The position numbers and the translations under genes are program-made. A stretch of DNA of 64,000 bases from Bugula neritina. Taxonomy: Eukaryota > Animalia > Bryozoa. Location: the NCBI GenBank assembly GCA_964035545.1, contig OZ037765.1:24055504-24119503 (forward strand), in the 5' to 3' direction. The notes beneath the pieces were generated by a model, which was given only the letters and a program-made list of their open reading frames with translations, was not told the DNA's origin and ran no database searches. Shown here in pieces: positions 30,801-44,329 of this stretch (its first letter is position 1; every line of letters begins with the position of its first letter).

Positions 30801-31010
30801 ATACACTATACTACACATGCATATTGTTGATAATTGTTATACAGTACTATTGTCTATGACTCCATGTTTCTGCAACTTTCTTTCAGTCTAGAAGCAGTTA
30901 AAAATACTGTAGTATTAGCACTTAACGAAGAATACATTAAAGAATCAGAACCTGTTAGTATAAAAGAAGGTGACGTCATCGCTATTATCACTCCAATCAG
31001 CGGAGGTTAA
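27820..31010 (+). CDS. MOCS2A: Molybdopterin synthase sulfur-carrier (small) subunit, MoaD/ThiS fold, 101 aa
   Basis: Not in the ORF track. Exons 27820-27879 (inferred first exon, MSSTTTPTNTKSNSSSNLIK), 30638-30759 (IKVLLFAKARDLVG...) and 30887-31010 (...LALNEEY...EGDVIAIITPISGG*). The C-terminal ISGG is diagnostic. Confidence 0.92.
28150..28900 (-). mobile_element. Decayed, internally deleted RTE-clade LINE fragment in MOCS2 intron 1
   Basis: Minus-strand translation gives GKSTIQPMFCLRML...DLHLVFVSLEQACDTLSSDLIWYCLRK (RT motif, cf. FIDLEKAYDRV), TTEMRMPRHIFG and GRPRQRCKDTV, typical of the RTE C-terminus. Stops and frameshifts are present. Confidence 0.75.
29240..30030 (-). mobile_element. 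Decayed R4/Dong-like non-LTR retrotransposon fragment (zinc knuckle plus restriction-like endonuclease)
   Basis: Minus-strand remnants ELKEIDSRTK, TEGLLLTAQD*ALFTR, KCQMC, KYKKRHD, RPD, INIAVP and KYQDL occur in the order seen in RLE-type elements. Many stops and indels. Confidence 0.7.
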
Positions 31011-31026
31011 CCAGGTTGATTTAAGC

Positions 31027-33895
31027 ATGGATTCCGTGACATTAAATACTGGCGATATGATCTTTCTTACTCACAACAAAATTTCTGTTGCTACTCACAT
31101 TGAGGCTGTGGTACTTTCTAGCTGTGGTGCTATATCAACATTTATAGGTAATTTTTGTACTTTTGTTTTCATACCATAAATGTAAAAAAATTTCAATAAT
31201 ATAAAAGCTAAAAGTTTTGGATTTTCAGAAATAAAATAAATTGAATTTGTTGTTGTATCTTGATTTTGTAAACAATTTTAAAGCTAACTTTGGACACAAA
31301 AAATAATATATGTCTGTGCAATACAGCAATACACTTAATTACTTAAAGGTTTAAAATATTTTTCTCTAAGCTAAAGACATATATAGAGGTATTTATAAAA
31401 ATATAGTTGGTTTTGTAAAATGTAAATGAAGTAAATATATTTGAAATATTCGTTCTACTGGTTGCCTTATAGTATATGACAGAAAATACTCTCAACTGCT
31501 GCAGTTACATAATTGTAAGATACATAAGCTAAAGCTGCTCAGCAACCATTGTAGTGCTTCAGATTGTCAGTTATCTCACAGCTTAGCAGACTCTAAATAA
31601 TTGCTTTGAGCATTCATATGAATACTGAAAAATGTATTCTACTTTCTCAATTTTACTAAACTGCACAGCTTGCATCTTTTACTATTTCAGCAGCTCTCAA
31701 ACTGTTATGTAATAAGTAAGCTAAGATATTAAATTGAATTAATTTATGGACATTCTTAAATGACATTTATTCCAAGAACTTTAATATCAACGTGTACTCT
31801 TTCTATATATTGTTATACCTTTAGATATTTATGGTAAAATAATATCACTTGTGATAACATATGTGTATTAAGTGCATATACACAGCTTACACTTGCCCTC
31901 CTTTTGTCAAATATAAAATGAGTACTACTACAACAGACATAAGCACATTGAAAGTTGTCTATTATACAACTTTATATTTTTTGAAAGATGCGTTGAATAA
32001 ATAAAGTTGTTTTGAGTGTATGCTTATCATAGCCCTTTCCGTTAAAAAAATAGTGATTTTGCTATATAATATTGCTATCTTCTTTCATAGGTTGCCTATA
32101 ACGAAATTTTTACGTTTTCTGTTTATGCTTAGGAACTACAAGAGATAACTTTAATGGCAAAAAAGTTATAAGATTGGAATATGAGTGTTACAACAGCATG
32201 GCTCTGAAGGAGCTGGAAAAAATATGCCTTCAAATGAGAAATAAATTTGAGAATCTAGGCAGAGTGTGTATTGTTCACAGACTTGGGTGTGTTTACTTTG
32301 CCAATTATTACTGTGATATATTTCTTTGAATTTCTTAGTTTTTAATTAAGTTTTTGCAACATTTCCTTTTTTTAATGTCTCAAAGTCTACAAAAATTAGC
32401 AGCGCCAGCTTCTTACTTGAACTAATTAACACATTGAATTCATTTTATTTCAATTTCTTTCTAAGTATTTTTCTAGTAGACAATTTTCATAAAAGTTGAA
32501 TTTTCGATAAATTTATAGAAATTGTCCCACCAACATAAAATAACTGCAAAATAATTACTAAAATTGTATGTTCAAAAACACTAAGCCACACAGCTTACCA
32601 TGAGCAAAATTATTAATCAAGTCTAGAATAACACAAGCCAACATCATTTTTCACTGAAACAAAATGTTTTCCTGATTAACCAAATTTTTTATGCACTTAC
32701 TGTAACACTTTTTTGTTCTCTAAATTATCATAGTAGAATTATTTTCTAGTGATTCTTTTAAAGTGACCTTTAAGATCATCTGCCGTGCTATTTTTCCTGA
32801 CAGTAATGCATCTCATCAATCAATTTCATTGCTTGTGCTTTGTTGCATGGCTAGCCGTAATTCATTATTTTTTATGCCATCTATTTGAGCTAATTATGAT
32901 AATGAAACATTCGTAAATTTTGTTGAAGACATCGATGTTGACAATTTTATGGTAGTTAGATGCAATAGTTATTCAGATAATTTTCTTTTCAATGGGTATA
33001 ACAAATTTGTAACAATTTTCTTTAAATTCTTTTTATAGGTTTTAAAGCTAATTAAAAATAAATATAATAATGAAATAAAGAGTGTGATTTTTTGCTAGAT
33101 GCATGAAAATACAGCTATTGTAATATATTTTCTTATAATACCCAATATTTTTGCTTTGCAATTTTAAGATAATAGCCAGTCCTACACATAAAAGTTCAAA
33201 AGCTCGTATTGTGAAATTTTCGAATGTGGATATATGAACCTGCTCCTTGTGTGCACATGAAATTTTAATACAACATTTTACCTGCAGTTGTGGTTATTTG
33301 AAACATTGGTTGAAATTTTTTACCTTGCTATTTTTTGTCAATATTTATATATTACATTATTGTATAATTGCATTTAATGTCTGTCAAATATTTTAGTTTG
33401 GTGCCTGTATGTGAAGCAAGTGTCTTGATAGCTGTGTCATCAGCACATAGGGCTGCAGCAATCGCAGCTGCTGAATTCTGTATAAATCAACTGAAGGCTA
33501 CTGTACCAATATGGAAAAAGGTGAGCAATAGAAATAGCTACAAGCCTACAATCTTCAAAATGAAAATAGTTTTTAATTTAAAGTTTGAAAGTGATCTTGT
33601 CATAGGGTTGAAGCCTAGTTATACCACTCTAAGTAAGACAACCTGTTACTAACTTTACCTGTCATGAAAAATATGTTACTTTTTGCTGGATTTCAACTTC
33701 TCTAGTATCGTTAATTAGGTTAAATTTTTTTATATTTATGTGTTTATCATTTAGCAGCTCATTATGTGTTATAAACCATTGGTTATCTCCATATTTGTTT
33801 ATATACCTTCAAGTATGCTTGTTTATTAGGAGATTTATGAAGATGCTACTAGTGAATGGAAAGAAAATAAGGAATACTTTGGAGCCACTTCATGA
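31027..33895 (+). CDS. MOCS2B: Molybdopterin synthase catalytic (large) subunit, MoaE family, 154 aa
   Basis: Exons 31027-31147, 32133-32286, 33397-33520 and 33830-33895 join in frame. Motifs [58 protein letters not shown] and WKENKE. Confidence 0.95.
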
Positions 33896-35318
33896 TTGAA
33901 CACATGAACATCACCATCCATATTCTGTCAAACAATGCTGATATTTTCTTTTTCAGGGTCTAATTTTTGAAGCTGATTTTTTATTCATTCCATTATGACT
34001 GATTACTCCATTTTTCTATTTTAATAACTGTTCCTTTTATATAATGTTTTTCCTACATGATTTTGTTAGTCATATGCTACTAGAAGAAGCTAGGGGTACC
34101 TAACTCCTCTATAGACATTACAATTTCAAAGCAGACATTGCAATTTAGGTGTGTTTATACTTTAATAATAAAATTTTATCTCATCAGTTGGTGAATATGT
34201 TGTATATTTTATACATTTTAGCTTAGCAAATACCAAAATTGTGCACATTTGTAGATTGTTGAACCTGAAATGCTGTTGCGATCAAATGAGCTGAAGCATA
34301 AAATTCATTATTTTTATGAAGCCAATCTACTTTTAAAAGTTTCTAAAGAATAAATTGAATTTTTAAGTTGTTAAGTAGTAAGTATATGAAGTTGCGAGGT
34401 TTTTACAATAATAATAAAAATATGTAAAAATGTTATAAGTCTTTATTTACAGAAAAGCAACAGATGCTGTTGAGAAAGCTGTCAAAGTTTTTATCTCTCT
34501 AAAAAAGTGAAGTTGATAAATAAATAAAATTATGTATTGTATCATTTATTACAATACGTCACATAAAATATTTAAGCAAGCTAGTACTGCTTAATTTTCT
34601 AGTCCCATAATCCCTAGGTATGTCATGCTTCATTCACTAAAACCCATAGTAGCATTGCAGCATAGATATAACTTTTGCTTGAACCGATTTTCATCTTGGC
34701 AAAACTATTCCCTAACCTTGTTGAGCAAAGTTACTCAGGTTGGTGAGGGTGTGTCAAACTCTTACAGATGTTTAGAATGCCACTAAGAGTTCTAGTTTGC
34801 TTTCTAATATTTTTATTCCATTGCAACAACTTATTGCTGAGCTGTAGCGAGGTAACAAGTAGAAACAGTGCTTCTGCAAGTGTTATCCTAAGTATTTTGG
34901 TAAAATAATTTAAGGTTCATGCAGTTTTATGAAGATTTCAGCACTTCATGAAATGGCGGGAAGTTTTTTTCCCAGCAGGCTACTGCTAAAAATATTTAAT
35001 TTGATGTTGTATACAGTATGCCTATTGTCCACTATTACCACTTGTCACCACGGTATCAACTGCTTCAGCTAAAAACTATTGTATATGATGGCTATTACTT
35101 GCCATATAAGGAAGAGCAGTCATTACTAATATATAGGCTGAATGCATATATTTTACATGCACTGTTTAGTTTTCTGCTGATAACACTAATTAGGCCCATC
35201 ATAAAGGTGCTGCTGCAATAGCATCATATATAGAGAGCTGCCTTTTATTGAACATGCCACTTGTTGAGCTACTAGTATTTAGAAAGGTATACATTAATAA
35301 GCTATATAACATATAGGA

Positions 35319-36382
35319 ATGCCAAAAGCATTTTTGGTAACTAATAGGAGGTATGGCATTGAAAATGGAGGCAAGAACAGCAGCAATGATTGCACTGAAG
35401 GTAATTTATTATAATATATATAATTTTGACTGCAAATGTTAATACAGTAAATCATATGGCTTTAGTTTAGTAGCTTACTTTCTAACTTTATCTGCAGCAA
35501 TGCTACAGAATATAATTAAACAGAGCAGTTTTTAAACCGTCTAAATTTTTTCCTATTGTAGACTTTAACAGAAAGAAAATACAGAGGCAAAGGAATATGT
35601 GGGGACTTTATCACCAACACTATTACACATCACAAAATGAGTTATCAAATACATTTGTGACAATGGCAACTCATTACAAAAAAGCACCCAAGTTGAGATT
35701 CGATAGCACCTTTTCTCCAGAAAAAAATTACGAAGAAGCCTTGCTACAGCCAATTGATTTATCATTGAAGGCAAAAAACCCCAGTTCATGTGACCCATTA
35801 CCAACAAATCTTAGTGGGAAAAATAATTCAACTAACGGTGAAGATAAAGGAACTGATGAGAGCAAGAAATCAGAGAATAGCCCCAAACCTCATAGTTTAG
35901 AGTTTCATGAGGAGCTAATAGATGGAAATTATCAGTGTAAACTGTGTACAAAACAGTATAGCTCTTCTAGTAACTTGGCAAGGCACAAGCAAATACATAG
36001 GAACATGGTAGAAAAGATGGCTAGAGAGTGCTCTCAATGTGGCAAAGTTTACTTCTCTACGCCTGCATACACTATGCATATGAAAACACACAGTCAAGGC
36101 TGCGTTTGCAACATCTGTGGTAAATCATTCTCTAGACCATGGCTGTTGCAGGGACATCTACGTACACACACAGGTGAAAAACCTTACAGCTGCACCAAGT
36201 GCGGTAAATCATTTGCTGACAAATCTAACCTGAGAGCTCATGTACAAACGCATTCTACAGAAAAGCCCTTTCAATGTAGATTTTGTAGCAAAACATTCAC
36301 CTTAAAAAGTTACCTTTATAAGCATGAGGAGACTTCATGCCATGAGCAAAGAGAAAGGAAAAGAGAGGAAAATGGTATTTGA
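35319..36382 (+). CDS. scrt: Scratch-type Snail-superfamily C2H2 zinc-finger repressor, 300 aa
   Basis: Exon 1 (35319-35400) begins with SNAG-like MPKAFLVTNRRY and splices in phase to 35562-36382. It has a PIDLS CtBP motif and five fingers including YSSSSNLARHKQIH, FSRPWLLQGHLRTHTGEKP, FADKSNLRAHVQTH and LKSYLYKHEETSC (Scratch-type last finger). Confidence 0.9.
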
Positions 36383-36972
36383 TATTGTTAAATAATACAT
36401 TTATTTTTGTACATAAAAAACATTAAATTAAATTAATTATACATTAGTATAAGCATTGCCTAAACTACATTATTGATATTATATAGATTTACTATCATAA
36501 ATTATTGCCTATTCATTGTCTTACCAGTCTTATTTATATTGTTTTTTTCCCTATAACCTTATTGTTGGAATAGAATCTCGACTTGTATATTTCACACTAC
36601 ATTATAAACAATAACAATTATTTACACATCTGTATACTATATCACATTAATTTTATAATTTTTTTTAAAAATACAACATTGTTCAGTGGAATTATGGTGA
36701 CTTATTTTCTGAAAGAAAATGCTATATACATATATTTAGTCCCAGTCAGTTCAATTAATTGACAAGATTACATTAATGACACTTCAAATGGTAAAAAAAT
36801 ATAAAATTAATATTAAACTTATTTTTAGTGAATATTATTTTTAAAAAACCTATATTCTACCAAGAAATTCATAGACTATGTACATTAGCTTAAGATATCT
36901 CAAGAATAGTTTTTGAAAATAGCTTATTTACATTACGTTATAAATTAGGTGGGTACTAAAATTATATATGAA

Positions 36973-39900
36973 TTAATTAGTCTGAACATCACTATTATTG
37001 CTTGAATTAGTTGGGTGTTTAAGTCTTTTAGAAGCTTGAAATGAATTGGCTAAATCTGCAAGACGTTCAGGTGTAGGCCCCCACTTTAAGAAGCCTGCAT
37101 CATTTTGTAGAAACACAACTAGTGTGCCATGTGATGAACGTATGTACGCATCTTCTCTAGAAAATAAATGGTGTTACAATATATAGCAGTCAGCAGGCTT
37201 ATGTATATTGATGGCTATAAGATGACGCAGATGAAGCCAGTCTAATGGGCATGGGCAAATTATACACACAATATGCCTACAAGAATGCTAAGTGAAGCCA
37301 CTGGCTAACAAGTTCTTGAATAGGCAGCATCAACAGGTGCTTGGATAATTTCCAGAGTCATCTTAATTTAAAATAGGCAGACTGATATATAGATAATTGG
37401 CATTTGAAGCTGATTAATTAGTGCCATTAGGAGCTCTAACAGAGAGGCTGGTGTAAAGTGGGAGGTAGCAAGGGAACAAAGGAATACTCTAAGTACAACA
37501 CTATTAGTAAGCCATGTGTGGCATCTAATTGCATAACCATCATGCTGTCAGCATTTTTACCTAAATCTTAGAAAAGCAGATCAGCAATATTGTTAAAGAA
37601 GCAACCATCGGTGATGAGTCACAATCCATAAGCTAACAACTGATTTATTTTGCTTAAAGTCTTTTATGAGACGCCAATGCTTTGCACCTCAAATGGCTAT
37701 ATAGCAAAGAGTGCATAAACTACATTCACTCTTAAAACCTGTCTAGTAACTTACTGAGAAAAGAGATGCTGGAAGCCGTGACGGTATTCGTGTTCAAAGG
37801 CTGGAACAACAAACTGTTTTCTTTTAAATCTGAAATAAACAAATTCATATCAGTTTATGAGACAAAAGCAGTAAATTCAACAAAACTAGAGAACTTAGTT
37901 TTACTAATGGCATTTTACGGTAATAGATTTGATATTACTATAAATTGGAAGATTGATGACCACATATAATATGTATATCAGAGAAATAAATGTTATGGTA
38001 TAAGGAGGCAAAGATGTTATTTGAATGCAATTTTGGAAGGTTAAATGATAACTTTTGAGACATTTTACCCCCTCCTTATATTGTGAAACATTGTGTAAAA
38101 CACTATGTTAGGTGGAATCAATAAATCTTTTTAGCCTTACAATGATACAATAAGTGCCAATAAAGCAGGTTACTAAACAGCCTTCCCTAATTAAAAGAAA
38201 ACAAAAAACAAAAACAAGCTACACCAGAACCAGAAAATAATAAAATCAAGCAAGGATATTTAATGTCACATTAACTAAATGATAAACAGTGTGGGCACCC
38301 ACACTTGCTTCACTGCACAACACTGGCACACTTTATCTAAAGGTCCTAATTGATCTCTAAACAGCACAGCATATACTGTCTACTTTGTTGATACTAGTTG
38401 TACAATTTGTCTAGTATCACCAGCTTACTAATACAAATCCCTGGTTACACTAATGAGCAAGAAAGTTATAGTATGAGTTTTGGGGTCACCCCCATCTTAT
38501 AGCTGAGCAGATAAAGTTATTGTATTATCTGATGGGTCACATTATATTTCTAATTTATAACATGAATAACATTATAAAATATTATGTACTGTATAGAAAA
38601 TAGTATGTATTGCGTATAAAATACAATACATAATACTATGGAGTACACCCCATAGTGTCTATAACAGAGTGTATAACATGGTAGTGCATGTTTTACCTGC
38701 TAGACTCCAGATGGATAAGAGCCTTGGTGGGTGGATCTCTCCACTCAGGTAGACAAATGACAAATGACAGAGGCTCATCAGAGCTTTCCATTAGATTCTA
38801 AATAGGAATGTATTGATACTAGTAACCATGGTAACAATGGTAACAATGGTAGTAAGTGTTGAGATATTACATTATATATATGCTATGTGACTTTTAATAA
38901 TGTAACCATAGAGGCTATATAAAAGAATCACATGCTATATACATGATACAATAACTTGACACTTACTACCATTGTGTCAATTTAACTTATTGCTTATGCA
39001 TATAATAGCAATGAAAGATGAGATTCTTGCAAAAATAACTTGGGAATTAATTATTCTGCTAGCATAACAGGTTATGCCGGACCTTCAGCTATAACTGTTG
39101 TGAATAAAATATTTGGAAGGATCATGAGAGGTAAGATCTTGTATGCAGAACTCAAACCATGATTTATTGTCCAAACTGTTGTTGTATAAATGAGTATTTG
39201 GAGTAACTGGTGACTGAAACCATACAAATCAGTTCTACCAGGTTTACTAACAACTGTGTGATTGAATATATAAAGAGCTTGATTTTCTGACAGGGTTTTT
39301 TCCATTCAAATTAGTGACATGATATTACTTATGGCATAGCAAAAGTTGAGGAATTGCCCAGACATTAGGCCATTCTGGCAGTCTATTCTACCCACTTTGT
39401 ATCCTGACTGCATTATTGTAGAATAGCACTTATAGCCCTTGGAAACATAGGCTATTACAATATAGATTAGACTTACTTCAAAATGGTTTACCATAGCCTC
39501 CATTAGTTCCTCACTAAAAGGTGGGTTAGCTTCAAAGGATCCTGATAAGGGATAGAAATCTAGCAGAGACCTAACAGCAACATAAACATCACCGTGTTAC
39601 TAGGTTGATAGTGGTGCACGACACGCTATAAAATGGGAGAAGATAATACTGATATACTACTCACCCCCTAGAGCCAAAGTACCCATCTGTATCGGCAAAG
39701 GCCGAACAGTACTGTCTATAGTAACAGTTGAGAGGTGATGCAAAGCATTCAAACGTTACTCCAAACACTCTGTTTAGACATTCAAACACTGCCACTGGTA
39801 AGGCTGCTTGCAATGACAGTCCTTCATTTTTCCGTGGGCCATAGTAGGTCTAAAACAAAAGAACATGAATTTACTTGTAAATGCAGTATTATTGTAATTA

Positions 39901-42900
39901 TTATTATTGGTTGTATCACAGCTTTTTGCTGGTTTAACCCCCTACAATAGTTCCATTAGGCTGGGAAGGATAGGAGTTTTTACCCCAGTCTAGTTTATTG
40001 TTAATGTTATTGTTACTATACACTTTAATATAACAGTAAATTGCAGTGGAAATAGGAGAAGCAAAAATAATATAAGCTGTAAAACCAGTCTTGTTAAAAT
40101 TTTCACAAAATACCCAAAAGAAAATTAGATTTCTTAATGAGTTCACTGTGTAGCGTCCATTTTCAAGATGGCCCCGATAGTGTAGTGAGTAGAGATATTG
40201 GTGAGACACTAACTATACATTACTATTCTGTGTCTAACATTTTACTAAATTTGTACATATGCATGTATTATATATGTATACATACATATATTATACTTGC
40301 ATATATGTGTTATATAGACGTGTTATACACATGTGTACAACAGATGTAATGTATGTATAATGTATATACTCTACGTAATTATAGCATATGTTCGAACTGG
40401 CCAGGGGTAGGCCTCTAGATCATCAACCTAAGCACCCCATACATACTCAAAACAGAACATCAAGTAAATCTCACCTGATATCGTCTCAACAAACACCAAA
40501 GCCTAGCAGTGAAGTGCTCATTTCTAGGGTCATCTTTGCAACTAAGTTTGTATAAGTGTTCCTGAAATATCCCAACACAGTATTTCAACAAATTTTCAAA
40601 ATTTGCTTCAAACACTGAAGTCTATGGCTAAACTTATTTAAAAAATTCAAGTTACTCCTAGAACCAACGGAAAATTCATTTAAAATCATAAATTTTAAGC
40701 ATAAATAAATCTACACAGCAGAGCTTCATGTATATATTGAATATTTTATCTGTTCAATGTTCTAAAATAATAATAAGATGTTATCGCTAGGAAGTAAAGC
40801 ATAACCTCTATAACATAATGACTTATATTACGTTTTATTTATAAATGAAGCTTTCAATTCTGGAAATGAAACCAAATTATATACTTTGAATCCAATAAAT
40901 TTAAGCAGCAAAGGGCACTTTCAAATTCCAAACCTCTGTGATAGTAGTTATCAACTCATGAAAATTTGCATTAAAATCAAGAGTAATTGCTTACTAATTT
41001 ATAGAAGTGTAGCGTGCTGATGTTCACAGTGTCTTCATTATACTTGAGAGAAGTATTCTCCTTGGTTGAATTGACGACAACATTAGGGAGACGAGGAGAT
41101 GGGGTGCCTAACAATCGAGGATAACAGAAGACTTTTCTCTCTGTAGTTAGAGGCGGTGACACAACTTCTACAAACAACAAAATGCATCATTAGATTGAGA
41201 AATTATTTTCCAAATTTTACTTGCATCATTACATAAATAGAATGTGTAAATAAGATGAAAGTGATATAATTATTTCATTTCTATAAGCTATAAATATATA
41301 TCAACAATTTTATCGCACACACTTTACTCTTGCATGACTTCAACCGACACCCACCGTGTATTATATTATCACTCCAGATTTTAGCAGACAGTTGGCAGAG
41401 TTTCCTCGCTTCTTCTTTCGAGAGATTATATATTTTCTTACATATAGACTCGACAGACGAACTCGCAGCTTCATTGATGTGAGGCTGACATTGCGCCTTG
41501 AGATGAGTCAGCCTTTCCACGTAGTCGTCATAGGAAGCGTTCATTTGCTTCCTCACCCATGCAAAGGAATCCTCAACATTCCACTTGACAATCTTTCGGC
41601 TTTCCGGGCTCACTGTTCTATAAAAGTAAAGTAAATAATGTATAGACTAAGCAATAGAATCTTTTTTTTGTATGAACTAAACAAATAAGCAATAATCTTG
41701 TACTAGCAGTTTGCTATATCACATGTCTGGCATATTTGCGCCTATATCTTTTCTGGTGCTTAAATCAGTGAGTGCAATATAAATGTGACAAGTGTAGTGA
41801 GTATGAATATAAATTGTAGCACTTTCTATGGGTGGACAGTTACGCTTTTATGCAAAAACTTTAGGACTTCTTACCTCGTCTCAATAACTTTCTTGGCACC
41901 TTCAGCATACTTGGTGAGCTGTTTACGAGCATCACTTATATACTTGGGTTTTACTAACTTCACTGGAATATCATTTAGTATTTCTCTGCACATGGACGGA
42001 GACACTGGGTTTTCACAATCACTGGGTAATATCGGGTCAGAAGATGCACCTTCAGCTTGATCAAATACTTTGCGCTCCAGCAGCCACCTGTTGAATGATT
42101 CTCCTGGTGCATGCACACCTAATAAGAGCACAGGACTATAGTGCAGTACAAGTGATAACTAAACACATTGCCATATGAATACAGGAATATAAATGTACAT
42201 GCAAATATATGAAAAAAACAACAATGTGCAATAGCAATAATTTGATTCATTGTTATTATGTATAAAACACATTAGTTGATTTTTCACAAATTCTCCCTAG
42301 ATATAATAAGCCATTTCATATTGCTACCATATAAAGCTATATACCTTCACGTGTATGGCAAGATTCTTCATACTGTTGTCTAAGCTTCATGACGGCCTGA
42401 GCTCGAGCAATCTCAACGTCCGGATGAGGTGGGTAGACATCACTCATTGCTCTCTCATGTATGATTACGTTGGTAGGAATTTCTAGATTCCAGCATGAGC
42501 TAATGCAAAAAACAACAGACTATATTTCCTCAGAGTTGATGAAAAAGTAACGCTACAGTAGAATATATACACTAGTACAATAAACATCCAAGTTTTCAAT
42601 GTACAACTTTGAGCTGAGATGAATCCAACTCTACAGCATTTTAAATTGTCAATCATCAGGGTAATTAGGATATTTGACACAATAACATACTAAAAGTTTA
42701 ACTTAAAGAACATGAAGTAGTGGGATAGTAGATTATTATTCATGGAGTTGATATCTTTACCTCAAGTATATAGGAGACTTTTTCTTGCATACAACTTGCT
42801 GCTGCGAATCCAAACTAGAATGGCGACGTCGCGAAGCCAACTCATAAGCTTGTGGTGGAGGAGACATAACTGATGACGGAGATGGGGTAGCAATACCTAG

Positions 42901-43262
42901 TGGATCCTGATGGTAGGTTGGCATTGGACTCTAAATCACAATAATTCTCATAAAATAAATAATACTTAATCAGTATATTGACGCATACAAATCTCAAGTT
43001 TTAGATGCACATTTTACAAGTAGAAAAGCTTTGCCAATACAGTAAAGTTTCATGATGGAAATGTCTTGAGACACAAAGAAATCATTACCTCTAATGTAGG
43101 CTCGTCCCATAATGATTGGTTGGTGAACTTATTGAAAAAATAGGGTCTCTGTTCCCTTTTGCTATAAAACTTCCTCCAGCCAGCTTCCAACAGTTCAGGA
43201 GGCAAATCGCGTCCTGGAGATGCTGGGTTTTTTGCAGACCCATTTACAAGGAGATCAGCCAT
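36973..43262 (-). CDS. PCIF1: Cap-specific adenosine N6-methyltransferase (CAPAM) with N-terminal WW domain
   Basis: WW domain ([36 protein letters not shown]), [11 protein letters not shown], catalytic [14 protein letters not shown] (~39545-39500), [11 protein letters not shown] and [19 protein letters not shown]. About 12 GT-AG exons; stop at 36973-36975. Confidence 0.95.
38843..38975. repeat. Fold-back (imperfect palindromic) element in a PCIF1 intron
   Basis: Left arm ACAATGGTAGTAAGTGTTGAGATATT pairs with right arm AATAACTTGACACTTACTACCATTGT. The inner arms ATGTGACTTTT and AAAAGAATCACAT also pair imperfectly. Confidence 0.75.
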
Positions 43263-44329
43263 GAGTGCTTGATACTTATATTATTCACCGTCATATCTTA
43301 GACAGAGTAAATCAGTGGCATTCTATGGGAGAGATTTAAATTGAGCTAGTATTAATGGCTATTAGCCCATTATAATAGGCAGTCACTTAAAATAAAATAA
43401 ACTAATTAATAAAATATTAATATTATGATCAGATTTGACAATTTTGACACGGCCCGGTTTACATAAATATTATAGACTGTATTATACTATTTAGTAAAAA
43501 TGGTTTAGCATATAAACTGACCATGTTGCTGATAAATTTATGGACTTGTTTTATAGTATACATTGCCACAATCAATGCACTTTTAAAAAAATAACTTTCA
43601 ATATTGAGACGAACTTATTTACAACTCAGTATCAGTCTGAAAATTTTTTAGACTTGATTGAAAGAGAAAGTAGAAGCATTTAGAATGAAATTAGACTCAA
43701 CATACTAACTATAGTTGCAGCTCTATAAACGCCTTTAGCAAAATTCCGCTGTAGAAAAAGTTGAGAAAATGGTAGAACGGGGCAAAGGATTAGTAAAAAT
43801 AAGTGCAACATAAGAAGTCAAAACTACTAAATGGCAGCCTGTTGAAAATATTATGGCACATTGTACCGTGAAAGTTAGGCACGGGTCATAATAGAAATAG
43901 GACATTCAGTTCAAGCATATCGACTGTTTATACTCAAAGGTGTCAATATATAGTTTAATTTTGCCTTCAGACAAGCTATTTGCTTTATCTAGTGACATTT
44001 TTATATTGCCTGTATTATTCTTGAAAGTTCAGAGGCATGAGAAAAATTGTAATATAGGGCTACAGAATGGCAAACGAATGGTGTTTATTTTTTGGTATAA
44101 GGTATTTCAAAGGGAGGCTATTACAGTGCATGAAAGTCTTTAATTTTGTTTATTCTTCAATGCATTCAGCAATACCATCATTAAGGTATTTGAAAATCGA
44201 CCAACTTCCAGTATGATTTTGCATAATGTGCATTAATTTTTTTGTATCGACTAAATCTATAAATTTAAAAAATAACTTTGACTTTGATTACCAAATTTCA
44301 ATCATTTTCTCAATTTTGTAAGCTTTAGT

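Noticed and set aside
30970-31026. GTG-initiated N-terminal extension of MOCS2B overlapping MOCS2A, as in the ORF track
   Set aside because: The ATG at 31027 has strong context and gives a normal-length subunit. Nothing supports non-AUG initiation.
40245-40390. Alternating purine-pyrimidine (TA/CA/TG) stretch in a PCIF1 intron
   Set aside because: An ordinary degenerate dinucleotide microsatellite, unlike the hexamer tracts.
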